From the IMG/VR virus record IMGVR_UViG_3300028888_000047, positions 64,001 to 128,000 of that record: 64,000 bases of DNA. One strand, written 5' to 3'. Made by a program: the position numbers and the translations under genes. Under the pieces are notes generated by a model, which did not search any database, had not been told where the DNA came from, and was given only the letters and a program-made list of their open reading frames with translations. This stretch comes from a virus (taxonomy: Duplodnaviria; Caudoviricetes). Each line of letters starts with the position of its first letter. Within the stretch, counting starts at the first letter, position 1. Of the stretch, positions 38,707 to 48,767 are shown one piece after another.

Positions 38707-38965
38707 TGTTTTTTGCTAATTTTTCAATATCCTGTAAATAATCTACACATTGGTCTTCCGTGAGTGTTTTATTGAATTCAAAGGTTTTTTCCTTTGCAAC
38801 GCAATTTCCTTGTTCAACTACTTCATAACCATAGTCAACTGTAACGACAAATTCAGTTGTATCGCATCCGGTCATAATTGTTATTCCTAACTTACCGCCA
38901 TGATGTTTCCGTTGTATGGTTTGTATTTCTCCAAGAACAAATAATAACTGTTTATCTGTTAACAT
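38699..38965 (-). CDS. hypothetical protein
   Basis: 88 aa. Confidence 0.55.
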   Translation of the reverse strand: MLTDKQLLFVLGEIQTIQRKHHGGKLGITIMTGCDTTEFVVTVDYGYEVVEQGNCVAKEKTFEFNKTLTEDQCVDYLQDIEKLAKNNE

Positions 38966-39360
38966 TTTTCATCAATATATTTGATTATTTCCTTCAACAA
39001 AACAATACGAGCCCCGCATCTATCAGTCATTCCGCCATCTGTGCTATTTATTTGAGCGTTTGTCCAATATTGTAATTCATTCTCAAGATATTCCTTTATT
39101 TTACATTTTTGCCAACTTGCCACACAAGATGCAAAAGCTAACAATTTACTATAAGAATCAGGCGTTCCGTAATCTTGTATATACTTGCCTGTTAACGTTC
39201 TCAAATCATCTGGTATAAATGTTTCTTCAGTTTGAACGCATCTGTTATTTTGCATGCTATTTAAAGTATTATTTAAATCTTCAATAACAGCATTTTGATA
39301 TTTAATTTGAGAATCAATTGTGTTTATTGTTTTATTCATTTTAGGCTTCATAAATAACAA
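38959..39360 (-). CDS. hypothetical protein
   Basis: 133 aa. Confidence 0.55.
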   Translation of the reverse strand: MLFMKPKMNKTINTIDSQIKYQNAVIEDLNNTLNSMQNNRCVQTEETFIPDDLRTLTGKYIQDYGTPDSYSKLLAFASCVASWQKCKIKEYLENELQYWTNAQINSTDGGMTDRCGARIVLLKEIIKYIDEKC

Positions 39361-39580
39361 ATAATAAATGCTTATCTGTTAACATTTTAAGTATTTCCTA
39401 TTAATATTTTAATCTTTTTTTCTATTAAATCGTTTATATTAACAGTAGTTGTTTTCTTAGGCATTTGTTCTTTTATTTGTTGAAGCAAGTCATATCTAAT
39501 GCTTTGATTAATATGCCCGTCTCCAAATTTATCAATCAATGTGTATAAGCCTTCAGCTTCGTATGTTGGAATATATAAAA

Positions 39581-40924
39581 TCATTTCTTTACAAATTTAG
39601 TTTCACCATCAGTTGCTTTGATATTAATCTTTGGCTTCATAAAATATAATATATCACAAGTATCTTTGATTAACTCAACAATCTCAGACATAGGTTTATA
39701 TGCATCCGGAGCCTCGTCAAGCGTGTTTTGACATACAGATGTGGAATATATACCTGCATCAGTCATTTGCTTCTGAAAATCGTTAAAATTGATTTTCTTT
39801 TTTGCTGCTGCGCGAGACATAATACGTCCAGCTCCATGAGGCGCAGAGCAATTCCAATCATCGTTTGACTTTCCTTCGCATATTGCTACGCCATCTTTCA
39901 TGTTAAAAGGTATAATCATTCTTTCTCCCTTATAAGCCCTGATAGAACCTTTACGGATTGTCATGTCTCCAAAATCAAGGTAGTTATGAATAGAAGATAC
40001 TTGGTCAATAACCTTTGCCCCATTTATCTTATTCATTACCTCAGCAGCTTTACGAAGTATAATCATACGATTAAACTTGGCATATGCTTGTGCAACTACC
40101 ATATCAGTAAGATAGCCCTTTAAAAGTTCTCTTTCAAGATAGCCATCGCTTTCTGGCGTGCGATATTTTGCACGTATCTTTTTTAAATGCTCTGGAATTT
40201 CAGTAGGGTCTCCCTTAAAGTTAGCCACAAACTCTTTCACCTCTTTTTCCATACCTTCCTTATCAACTGATAAGCCTTTTGCAGCATGAACCCATTTTTG
40301 GCAAACCATTTTTCCAAGGTTACGTGACCCGGTATGTACAGTAAATGCCCACTTCTTAAGTTCATCGTTTGTATCATATTCAAGGAAGTGATTGCCGCCG
40401 CCTAATGTACCAATAGATTTAATGAACGTACTAAATTCCATTCCAAACCCCTTGCACCAAGTTTCAAAATCATCTTCTGTTTTAAATTCAACAAAATTAA
40501 TTGCTCCGCCAGATGTTTGATATGCCTTTTGAACTTCAGAGTTTACAAATCTAATAAACTCTTTCATTTCAAACTGACGCAATTTATGTATATTGAATCC
40601 CGTTGGAATTTCTTTTTTAATCTTCCTTTCGAATTGGGCATATTTCTTTTCTTCTAATGGCTTATCGAAGAAAATAGCCTCAATCCCACAGCCAATATCC
40701 ACACCAACAAAATTTGGATTAATGTGAGCGTTTTCTTTTGGTATAGGACAAGTAAATCCAATTACAATACCAACACCAAGGTGTACGTCTGGCATTATTC
40801 TAATTTTTGCCCCTTTGAACATTGTTGAGTTTGATAACTCGTAGATTAACCGCAACGCAGAATCTTCTATATTGTCAGTAAAGATTTTAATATCTTTGCA
40901 TTGTTTTCCTTGTATCTCTATCAT
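39581..40924 (-). CDS. rtcB: RtcB RNA ligase
   Basis: MPDVH, GVDIGCG, GTLGGGNHFLE, HTGSR, HNY, RKG, SAPHGAGR, DEAP.AYK. Confidence 0.95.
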   Translation of the reverse strand: MIEIQGKQCKDIKIFTDNIEDSALRLIYELSNSTMFKGAKIRIMPDVHLGVGIVIGFTCPIPKENAHINPNFVGVDIGCGIEAIFFDKPLEEKKYAQFERKIKKEIPTGFNIHKLRQFEMKEFIRFVNSEVQKAYQTSGGAINFVEFKTEDDFETWCKGFGMEFSTFIKSIGTLGGGNHFLEYDTNDELKKWAFTVHTGSRNLGKMVCQKWVHAAKGLSVDKEGMEKEVKEFVANFKGDPTEIPEHLKKIRAKYRTPESDGYLERELLKGYLTDMVVAQAYAKFNRMIILRKAAEVMNKINGAKVIDQVSSIHNYLDFGDMTIRKGSIRAYKGERMIIPFNMKDGVAICEGKSNDDWNCSAPHGAGRIMSRAAAKKKINFNDFQKQMTDAGIYSTSVCQNTLDEAPDAYKPMSEIVELIKDTCDILYFMKPKINIKATDGETKFVKK

Positions 40925-40925
40925 A

Positions 40926-41348
40926 TTATAAATTTTGTTCTTCGATTAATACTTTCTTCCACTTTGCTGTCATTTTTACCTTATCAATGATTGGTAAAGG
41001 AAATCTAGCAAATGGTGGTCTATTTTTCTCTTTCATAATAGCAGAAAAATAACTGTCAACTTCTTTGATGTATACATCAAGTTCATCTTCGTTTACTTCC
41101 CTGATGAAAGTAATATTGTAATTTTTCTTTATGTCTGACTCATCCATACCTGATATGCCACACATGAAGCAAGGAGAATTATCTTCACAAAGGCCTGATA
41201 CATAATTAAGATGCCCTTGTTTGTCAACATAAGCAACTTGTTTTCTTATTCCGTCTGGAAATAAAAAGTCATTAGCATATTCAGGGCCGGGACAATTTCT
41301 CCCAAAAGTAATGATTTTACCGACAAATGGTTTTAATGCTTTAATCAT
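40926..41348 (-). CDS. hypothetical protein
   Basis: 140 aa. Confidence 0.6.
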   Translation of the reverse strand: MIKALKPFVGKIITFGRNCPGPEYANDFLFPDGIRKQVAYVDKQGHLNYVSGLCEDNSPCFMCGISGMDESDIKKNYNITFIREVNEDELDVYIKEVDSYFSAIMKEKNRPPFARFPLPIIDKVKMTAKWKKVLIEEQNL

Positions 41349-41362
41349 GCACTTTGTTTTTT

Positions 41363-41842
41363 TTATATTTTTTCTGCAATTTTATTTAGTCTGATAATAA
41401 CAGCATTGACTTCTTTAACTATTTCTTCTTTCGAAACGTTTTTTAACATATCAAGCTCTTTTTGCCTTGCTATTCTATTTGCTGCGCAAACAGATTTTGC
41501 TTCTTCCATTAATGTGTATTTATATCCGCATTTATATGTTTTTGCATTTTCGGGTGTAATTTCCATAGTATAACCGTCTCTGAAATACAATTTTATTTCT
41601 TTTAAATGGTTTCCTATGAATTTATGCTCTATTTTTTTGATAAAATGTCTTATAAGAGTTGCACCTTGTACTTCCCATACATAATCGCCCTTTTTCAATT
41701 GGCTAAACATAAGGTGCTGTTTATCACAGTTCTTTTGATATTTTATTTCCCTATAAATTCCTCCATATGCAGAACACAGTCCATAAATAATACCGGTAAT
41801 AAAAGGACTACTGCACAGCAAAATACAAAATATTTTAAGCAT
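41363..41842 (-). CDS. TM-anchored 'GD'-family protein
   Basis: N-terminal TM; FSQLKKGDYVW. Confidence 0.6.
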   Translation of the reverse strand: MLKIFCILLCSSPFITGIIYGLCSAYGGIYREIKYQKNCDKQHLMFSQLKKGDYVWEVQGATLIRHFIKKIEHKFIGNHLKEIKLYFRDGYTMEITPENAKTYKCGYKYTLMEEAKSVCAANRIARQKELDMLKNVSKEEIVKEVNAVIIRLNKIAEKI

Positions 41843-41854
41843 ACATTTACTTTT

Positions 41855-42130
41855 TTACAAATTTTCAAGTTCTTCTTTTAGTTTTTTAAGTTCGTCATTT
41901 CCTTCAGCCATAAACAAAGCAAAAAGTTTTTGCCTAATTAAATCATTTCTTGAGGCGATTTCGAATGTTTTATAGCCTCCAGAAGGTAAAGCAACGCCAA
42001 ATGATATAAATGCTTTTTTATGGTACTTAACAGAATATTCGAAATTTTCTTCTAACTGCTTTATTGAACGTTCTGTTTCTCGTATTTTTCCCAATAAAAC
42101 ATAACCTTTTTCTATTTGTTCTTTTGTCAT
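41855..42130 (-). CDS. hypothetical protein
   Basis: 91 aa. Confidence 0.6.
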   Translation of the reverse strand: MTKEQIEKGYVLLGKIRETERSIKQLEENFEYSVKYHKKAFISFGVALPSGGYKTFEIASRNDLIRQKLFALFMAEGNDELKKLKEELENL

Positions 42131-42133
42131 ATT

Positions 42134-42601
42134 CTAATCTATTTTTTCAGTTTCACTTAATTCATCGTAACGACCATACCATGTGTCGTTGTCAAATGAT
42201 TCTCTTATGTTATCATATATTTCACCTGTCACATCAAGTCTTCCTGATTGCCAACTTGTTTGAACGTCAATTGAGAACCATCCGCCATCTTTTGTTCTAA
42301 CAAACCAAATTAGATTTTTATCATATTTTGGTATATTACATGCTACAAAATAATCAGTTTCTTTTGCAAATAAATGGTCAGATATTTCAATCTCTTCTTG
42401 CCATATATCATATAATGGCCTTATTGTTCCTCTATGAAATGATTCAAAATACCTGTGTTTTGCTTCATTAGCGCCAATTACCTCATTTACTGTGGCAATA
42501 AAATGTCTACTTGGGCCGCATTTTCCATCATCAAAAAAATGGTATTTCTTTCCGACTTCAGGAACTGGTGTTTCAGTTGCAAATTTCTTTTTCTTTGACA
42601 T
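42134..42601 (-). CDS. conserved Bacteroidota-phage hypothetical protein
   Basis: PEVGK.YHFFDDGK..SRH...FVRTKDGGWFS. Confidence 0.65.
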   Translation of the reverse strand: MSKKKKFATETPVPEVGKKYHFFDDGKCGPSRHFIATVNEVIGANEAKHRYFESFHRGTIRPLYDIWQEEIEISDHLFAKETDYFVACNIPKYDKNLIWFVRTKDGGWFSIDVQTSWQSGRLDVTGEIYDNIRESFDNDTWYGRYDELSETEKID

Positions 42602-42624
42602 ATACTTAGATAATTTATTTAACC

Positions 42625-42679
42625 CAAAGATAAGAAAAAAAATTGATATAAACGAAAAAAAAGTGTTAAAAAACGTTAA
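42625..42679 (-). promoter_or_regulatory. repeated early promoter cassette
   Basis: TATCTTTG; GTTAA +40/+50; separate hairpin GGCAGAAGA/TCTTCTGCC just upstream. Confidence 0.75.
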
Positions 42680-42756
42680 ATGGCAGAAGATTATTCATCT
42701 TCTGCCTTATTCCATATAGGTTAAAATGTGTATATATTCAATAAACTTTGGTTTTA

Positions 42757-43368
42757 TTACATATACAACTTATTTGCGGATATGATTTCCAATACGCCTT
42801 GTGGAAGCAAAGGAAATATAATCTTCCTCTCCTTAATCAATCTCCTTATATATGTTGATGAAATTGCAAATGGAAGGATGAATACGTGTTTATATTCATA
42901 TGTTTTTCCATCAGTGCTTTCAACCTTTCTTATTTGCCAATCATTACCCGAAAGATGCGTACCTACGTTATCCCTTTCAAGAGAAATGATTTTATAGAAT
43001 GGAAGAATATCTGTTGATGCTTCTTTCCAATATGGTATTTTATCTGCCGTGTCAGAGCCACAAATTATATACAGTTCATCGTTTTTGTATTTTTCCCTGA
43101 AATAGTTCAATGGCTTATTGGCGTAATAAGGAGGCTCAAATGTACCTTCAATATCAGATACTTCAACTAATTTTCCAAATGGTAGAATAGCCTGACTAAT
43201 CATTTCAACTCTTAAATCAAATGGGGCGGGATTAATATCCTTTTTCCAAGGGTTATGTCCCGATGGAACAACAATTACCTTGTCAACAAAATTCAATGCC
43301 TCCCGTATCATATTGATGTGACCAATATGTATTGGGTCAAATGAACCTAATAAAAAACCTATTTTCAT
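42757..43368 (-). CDS. nadD: nicotinate/nicotinamide mononucleotide adenylyltransferase
   Basis: GSFDPIHIGH, NPWK, R.EM, ICGSD..W, ISSTYIR. Confidence 0.92.
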   Translation of the reverse strand: MKIGFLLGSFDPIHIGHINMIREALNFVDKVIVVPSGHNPWKKDINPAPFDLRVEMISQAILPFGKLVEVSDIEGTFEPPYYANKPLNYFREKYKNDELYIICGSDTADKIPYWKEASTDILPFYKIISLERDNVGTHLSGNDWQIRKVESTDGKTYEYKHVFILPFAISSTYIRRLIKERKIIFPLLPQGVLEIISANKLYM

Positions 43369-43370
43369 GA

Positions 43371-44150
43371 CTATTCACAGCAATCATATGCTCCCCACAT
43401 TTCTCCATTCATAAGCGCATTATATGCGCACATGCCATAGCCCATAGCATCAGGATAACCACCTCCAACGAATCTACGAGGAACTTGAGCACCATTTTGA
43501 GGATATATTCTAACAGAATTACACTGATATGTGTCGAAAGCGTATTTCAACTTATCGCACTGGGCAACAACGAACACTCTGCGTTCATCATCCATACAAG
43601 TGATTGGCTCTTTTTGTTCCCAATTCTCGTTTACCTTTATTGTTATTTGTTTTCTTGTTGTGGTTGGTTTGCTATTGTTTGGGTTAACAAGGCCAGGAGT
43701 CTTATCATACATTGGGCTTGTTCTATTAACGTTTCCGCTGCAAGCACCTGTATTTTTAGGGTTTCCGAACATAAGCTGTTCATTAACGCCAAGCCTACGT
43801 AGCTTGTTGCTTCCCTCAATCCAAGCAAAACGCTTTTTGGCTAAAGTTCTAAGTGCCTCATCTATTTCTGCTTGTGTGCATGACCTCCAATAATCCATGT
43901 CATCATCATTTATGGTGTATTCACATGTAGATTCATCGGAAAAATCATAATCAAAAACACATTCGCTTTTCCATTTACCATTACTATCTTGTACATAATG
44001 GTTGGGGTTATAATAGCAAATTAGAGAATAATCGACACCGCCCCCTTCTTCAACTGGGTCATATGTTTCGCCACCAAATATCGCAAATGAATTGTGGCAA
44101 GATTTTTGGGTGATAAATTCTCCCTTTTCGAACTTTAATTTTGATTTCAT
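43371..44150 (-). CDS. hypothetical protein
   Basis: 259 aa, directly upstream of nadD. Confidence 0.65.
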   Translation of the reverse strand: MKSKLKFEKGEFITQKSCHNSFAIFGGETYDPVEEGGGVDYSLICYYNPNHYVQDSNGKWKSECVFDYDFSDESTCEYTINDDDMDYWRSCTQAEIDEALRTLAKKRFAWIEGSNKLRRLGVNEQLMFGNPKNTGACSGNVNRTSPMYDKTPGLVNPNNSKPTTTRKQITIKVNENWEQKEPITCMDDERRVFVVAQCDKLKYAFDTYQCNSVRIYPQNGAQVPRRFVGGGYPDAMGYGMCAYNALMNGEMWGAYDCCE

Positions 44151-44158
44151 TTTATTGT

Positions 44159-44476
44159 TTATTCAAATTCGTGATTAATCGAAAAATTGTATAAATACAG
44201 CAAATCTTTATTCATCATATCTGTCCAAAGATAAACCCCAGGATATGAAGCAGGTATTACTTTTCCTTCTTTTGTGAAGTGATAAACATATGTGCGTTTT
44301 GAATCAGCAGATACATTTATCTCAACGTGCATTGAATAATCTTCGCTTTGTTCTTTCTTTATTTGGCAAAGAATATCCAAAAATGTTTCAACGCTACTAC
44401 ATTCTCCAATCGCTTTATCTTTATAGTATATAATGCCTTTAAGATTGCTATTTATATTATTGTTTATAGTAATCAT
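44159..44476 (-). CDS. hypothetical protein
   Basis: 105 aa, first gene after promoter. Confidence 0.6.
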   Translation of the reverse strand: MITINNNINSNLKGIIYYKDKAIGECSSVETFLDILCQIKKEQSEDYSMHVEINVSADSKRTYVYHFTKEGKVIPASYPGVYLWTDMMNKDLLYLYNFSINHEFE

Positions 44477-44484
44477 ACTTAATG

Positions 44485-44539
44485 CAAATATACAATAAAT
44501 CTGTGAGAAAGGTAAATTATTTAAGTTAATTAAAGTTAA
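44485..44539 (-). promoter_or_regulatory. repeated early promoter cassette (drives nadD unit)
   Basis: TATATTTG; GTTAA +40/+50. Confidence 0.75.
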
Positions 44540-44547
44540 ACTAACTA

Positions 44548-44847
44548 TTAATCTTTTTCATCCATCAAGATTGAATGTACGTTTTTTAATTCTTTCCTTT
44601 TACCAAATGGTCTCTTCGTTACTGACACATAAGAATCTATTACCTTGTTTATTTCTTCCTCAGTGTCGTAAGGCCCAATCCATATTGTCTTTTTCCACGC
44701 TTCATGATGAGCAAAATATTTGCCATCTTTATTTTGTTTTATTTCAAATTGGCCTGCTGTTATTTGTTTTTGAAACCATTTTGGTTCAACTTGCCTTTTT
44801 TTAGGTAGATGCTCCAACGCAGCATTCTTCAATTGTTTTTTTACCAT
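44548..44847 (-). CDS. hypothetical protein
   Basis: 99 aa. Confidence 0.6.
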   Translation of the reverse strand: MVKKQLKNAALEHLPKKRQVEPKWFQKQITAGQFEIKQNKDGKYFAHHEAWKKTIWIGPYDTEEEINKVIDSYVSVTKRPFGKRKELKNVHSILMDEKD

Positions 44848-45118
44848 CTTTTATATCCACTATTTCGCAATATACGTTTGTCCAAAATTTATTCCCTTCA
44901 GGGGTTTCATTCCATGCAAAACTAAACATTATAATTTCTTCTGGCATGTTATTCCTTGAATAAAGTTCTATGAATTTTTTTACGGAACCATGCTTCGAAA
45001 TTATATGATATTTATCTCCACGTTTTATTTCAAGTTTTAAATTATTTAACCATTTTTTATATATCAATTTTTCTTTCAAATATCTATAAAATTGTCTTTT
45101 TGTCATATAAGTTCCCAA
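44801..45118 (-). CDS. RFLKE-family small protein
   Basis: FYRYLKEK...FAWNETPEGNKFW. Confidence 0.7.
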   Translation of the reverse strand: MGTYMTKRQFYRYLKEKLIYKKWLNNLKLEIKRGDKYHIISKHGSVKKFIELYSRNNMPEEIIMFSFAWNETPEGNKFWTNVYCEIVDIKDGKKTIEECCVGAST

Positions 45119-46083
45119 TTTTTAACAAAGTTTTCATACCCATTGAGGAAATCAGTTAATTTCATCTTCTTACAACCCTCAAGTTGCAATTCATTTATCT
45201 TTAAACATCCATTTGAAACAAATAAAAGCAAACCATCATCAACAACAGTAAAATGTGATTTATTTTTTACAGTATTAGAAGAATTATTAGATACTAATTT
45301 GGCATCAAATATTTTTATTGATTTGCCATTATACTTGTCATCCGATTTAATAGTACACCAAGCTCCTGGCTTATCTGAAAACGCTCTTATATGATTCAAT
45401 ACATCATTGACATCATTACTTAAATCAAGCTTTGTATTTTCATGCGTTAATTTTGGCGCTTTATGTTTATACTGTGTTAAATCCTGTTTTATTGTATTTG
45501 GCTTTCCATCTGCTTCCATTATAAACCTTAATGTTTCTCCGCATAATCCAATACACGGTCCAAGGCTTAACATTTTATATATTTCGATGAAGTTTCTGCC
45601 TGAATAATTTGGTATAGAAGTTTGACAAATAATGTCTCCATCATCCATTTTCTTATTGAGGTAAAAAGATGTTAATCCAATTCGTTTTTCTCCATTTGCA
45701 ATTGCCCAATTGATGGGTGCTGCCCCTCTATAATCAGGAAGAAGAGAACCATGAATATTAAATGCGCCATATTTTGCCATTGCTAAAACCGATTCAGGAA
45801 TCATTTGATAAGCAATAACAATGAATATGTTTCCATTTAATGCCCCCAATTTAGCATGGAAATCTTTACTTTCCAAATTTGTAGGCTGTAATATAGGAAG
45901 TTCCAATTCCTCTGCCAAATCTTTAATTGGAGTTGTTTCAGTTTTCTTTTTTCGTGGATTATAATAATCAGGTTTGGTTACAACGCCAACCACATTATAG
46001 CCATTAAGCATAAGAGCATTTAATGTTGGGTAGCCAAAATCTGTTGTTCCGAAAAAAACTATTCTCAAATCACCTTTCTGCAT
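45103..46083 (-). CDS. fmt: methionyl-tRNA formyltransferase
   Basis: IVFFGT..F, VVTKPD, NIHGSLLPDYRGAAPINWAI, D.GD, APKL, C-terminal domain. Confidence 0.93.
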   Translation of the reverse strand: MQKGDLRIVFFGTTDFGYPTLNALMLNGYNVVGVVTKPDYYNPRKKKTETTPIKDLAEELELPILQPTNLESKDFHAKLGALNGNIFIVIAYQMIPESVLAMAKYGAFNIHGSLLPDYRGAAPINWAIANGEKRIGLTSFYLNKKMDDGDIICQTSIPNYSGRNFIEIYKMLSLGPCIGLCGETLRFIMEADGKPNTIKQDLTQYKHKAPKLTHENTKLDLSNDVNDVLNHIRAFSDKPGAWCTIKSDDKYNGKSIKIFDAKLVSNNSSNTVKNKSHFTVVDDGLLLFVSNGCLKINELQLEGCKKMKLTDFLNGYENFVKNWELI

Positions 46084-46394
46084 AATTCTTGTCCTCCAAA
46101 CTCCTCCGTATATTGTTTTTTGAATAAAGTATGAATGTCATACCAAAAATCGTACCCTTCTTTAGTCTTATCCCATACAAACAACATTGTTATTAAATTT
46201 TCAAAACCATTGTCATTACCACAATCAATTAAAGAATTATTTGGGTATTCATATTGGTAGTTATTTTGTATTTTTTTATCATTTATATTTTTTTTATATT
46301 TGTGATATACTCCATTTTCTTTTAAAAACCTGAATAAAAAATTAAGCCTTTCTTTTTCCTCAGGAGAAGCGTCTTTTTTTCCTAACCTTATCAT
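46065..46394 (-). CDS. RFLKE-family small protein
   Basis: LFRFLKENGVY...FVWDKTKEGYDFW; start 46394 lies after promoter. Confidence 0.7.
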   Translation of the reverse strand: MIRLGKKDASPEEKERLNFLFRFLKENGVYHKYKKNINDKKIQNNYQYEYPNNSLIDCGNDNGFENLITMLFVWDKTKEGYDFWYDIHTLFKKQYTEEFGGQELCRKVI

Positions 46395-46428
46395 AATCAA
46401 TTGATTATATACATTATTAACTCTGCCG

Positions 46429-46483
46429 AAAATATACAAAAAAAACGTGAGATAAACAAATATCTCACGTTAAAGTATGTTAA
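46429..46483 (-). promoter_or_regulatory. promoter cassette with embedded terminator hairpin
   Basis: Same stem as 9967 copy; GTTAA +40/+50. Confidence 0.8.
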
Positions 46484-46495
46484 TTCAATTGAAAT

Positions 46496-47395
46496 TTATT
46501 GGTAATATTTTCCATAGTTTTTAATGAAATTTTTGTAAGTCATCAAGCTAAAAACTTTTGGGTTTTGATTTTTAATGCTGTAATCTACAATATTAGAAAT
46601 AAAGGCTATTAAATTTTTAGGCAAATATCTACTTTCTTTAAAATTTTGATAATTGGTTTTCCATTCGTCTGTGTTTGAGTATTCATAATTATCATAAAAA
46701 TATTTCTGATACTGTGGTATCAACGATTTTATGTTATTTAATTCATATTGTTTCCTTTGATTACCAAGTTCACTTTGTTTTGTTTTAAGATATTCTTGAC
46801 CCTGTGTAGAGGATGTAAAAGAACCAATGTTTAACCATTTCATTGCAGATTGTAAATCAGTTATATTTTTTGAACAATCTGTTATATACTTATCAATTAA
46901 TTCTAATGCCTGTCTATTTTTTATAAACTTACCAACCCAAGTATTAAAATTATTTGGCGTTATGTTTTTTTGAACATATGTTAAAACATCTTTTTCTTGT
47001 ATTTCAGTGTCAATATAAACCTTTTCTCCATTTCTTTCTACATATTCTCTACTTCTGCTAAAATCCGCATTGGGAGTATTATTTCTATATTCAATTTGCC
47101 TAATATTATTAAGATGCGCGCCAAACCATTTATTCAAATAGTACATTTCTGTCATTTTACCTGTACCATTTGCATAAATACCGTATTTATTATTCCATTG
47201 TCCATTGGTTCTCGCATCCATATACATTGCAGCGGCATTCTTAAGCCAATTACCTGCTTTTCCTGCCATTTGACCTAATTGGCTACCCTTTAATGAATTC
47301 CATGCATTTCCAAACCACCCCTCTTCAAGCATGAATTCATCAATGGATTCATTTAATGCCTTTTTAACTATATCTTCTGTAATTATAACTCTCAT
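46496..47395 (-). CDS. hypothetical protein, possible head-internal late protein
   Basis: N-terminal IITEDIVKKALNES...LEEG; ATATTTAT upstream. Confidence 0.6.
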   Translation of the reverse strand: MRVIITEDIVKKALNESIDEFMLEEGWFGNAWNSLKGSQLGQMAGKAGNWLKNAAAMYMDARTNGQWNNKYGIYANGTGKMTEMYYLNKWFGAHLNNIRQIEYRNNTPNADFSRSREYVERNGEKVYIDTEIQEKDVLTYVQKNITPNNFNTWVGKFIKNRQALELIDKYITDCSKNITDLQSAMKWLNIGSFTSSTQGQEYLKTKQSELGNQRKQYELNNIKSLIPQYQKYFYDNYEYSNTDEWKTNYQNFKESRYLPKNLIAFISNIVDYSIKNQNPKVFSLMTYKNFIKNYGKYYQ

Positions 47396-47517
47396 ATTTA
47401 TATATTTTTATATAAATATTCAGGATAACAAAAAAATAAAAGCGAGGCTCAAACGAACCTCGCCATTTTATTAAGATAATAACATAGCAGTTGGCATAAA
47501 TTAACCAATATGCACAG

Positions 47518-47784
47518 TTAATCCATATATGATTTTATAAGTTCTCTTAGATTATTATATTTTCTACCAACAGGCTTAATATTCCCATCGTCAAAAATTT
47601 GCACAATCGTCCAACCAACGATTTTATCATCTTGCTTATCGTCTATTAAAGCAGAAACTTTATAGCCATATGCTAAATGAATTGCTTCTGACAATTGTTC
47701 ATTTATTTCTTTTAATATGTTTTTCATTATCCATTTTATTAAAAATGTGCCGACATCTATATTATTGCCTTTATTAAACCTCAA
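47518..47784 (-). CDS. hypothetical protein
   Basis: 88 aa. Confidence 0.5.
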   Translation of the reverse strand: MRFNKGNNIDVGTFLIKWIMKNILKEINEQLSEAIHLAYGYKVSALIDDKQDDKIVGWTIVQIFDDGNIKPVGRKYNNLRELIKSYMD

Positions 47785-48277
47785 TGTAGCCTTTATCTTT
47801 GCCGTTTATAAAATCGCATATTATTTCCTTAGTTGTTTTTCCGCCAGCACGTTTCACATCAAGTTCTTCCTCAAGATAATCTCCACAGAAATAATAACAG
47901 CCTATACCTTTCATTGAAGAAAAGTCAAAATCCACCTTATATTTTCCCTCAAATATTGCCTTGCAAATTTCCTTAATAGCATTATCTGTTAATCTAATAC
48001 CTTTTTCGCAGGAGAATTCATCAGAAAGAGGTCCAATAAACGAAGCGTCAGTATCGCCTCCATATACCATATCTGCTGCAATAATGAGATTTCCATTAAC
48101 TAATGAAACGCCGCACACATAAAGGTCTGGGTCCCCAATATCATAGAGATAAATACGATTAAATGTCACTAACTCACCATTTTTTGTCTTCTGTGACAAA
48201 AGGTCTTTCAGAACACCAGCCCAATCAACATTTTCAGTTGGATATACCAACGCTTTAATTTCTTCTAATGTTTTCAT
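47774..48277 (-). CDS. hypothetical protein
   Basis: 167 aa. Confidence 0.65.
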   Translation of the reverse strand: MKTLEEIKALVYPTENVDWAGVLKDLLSQKTKNGELVTFNRIYLYDIGDPDLYVCGVSLVNGNLIIAADMVYGGDTDASFIGPLSDEFSCEKGIRLTDNAIKEICKAIFEGKYKVDFDFSSMKGIGCYYFCGDYLEEELDVKRAGGKTTKEIICDFINGKDKGYIEV

Positions 48278-48278
48278 A

Positions 48279-48761
48279 TTAATCTATGCTTTTTATCAGT
48301 TCCATTATTTCTTCTGTAATATTATCAAAGAATTCAATGTCTTCCGAACAAAGACAATCATTTGCATATTCTTTAATACGATTAACCTTCTCAATTATTA
48401 ATTCTTTAGGTTTAATTGATTTTACAGCCTTTTCTGCGCTTTCTTTATAAATATAAAATTCGCCCAAATATGGCCTATAGCCACCAAGATAAAAGCCGCC
48501 TTTTAATCCACCATTTATAAGTTTACCATTTTCGTCAATGCCTATGAAATCAGTATAACGTTCAAGAAGTTTACCTGAATGGAATACACAGAATCTCCAA
48601 CAGCCACCATCAAGTTTCTTTTCTTGCCATATTTTTTTAGACACCTTATCGCCATCAGAATCTCCTAATTTTCGTTCAACTACTTTACCGTCTTTTATTT
48701 CATAAATAACACCTAGTTCATTAACTTTTTTCCAAAGTTTTTCTAAATAATTCTTTCTCAT
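48279..48761 (-). CDS. hypothetical protein
   Basis: 160 aa. Confidence 0.65.
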   Translation of the reverse strand: MRKNYLEKLWKKVNELGVIYEIKDGKVVERKLGDSDGDKVSKKIWQEKKLDGGCWRFCVFHSGKLLERYTDFIGIDENGKLINGGLKGGFYLGGYRPYLGEFYIYKESAEKAVKSIKPKELIIEKVNRIKEYANDCLCSEDIEFFDNITEEIMELIKSID

Positions 48762-48767
48762 ATTAAT

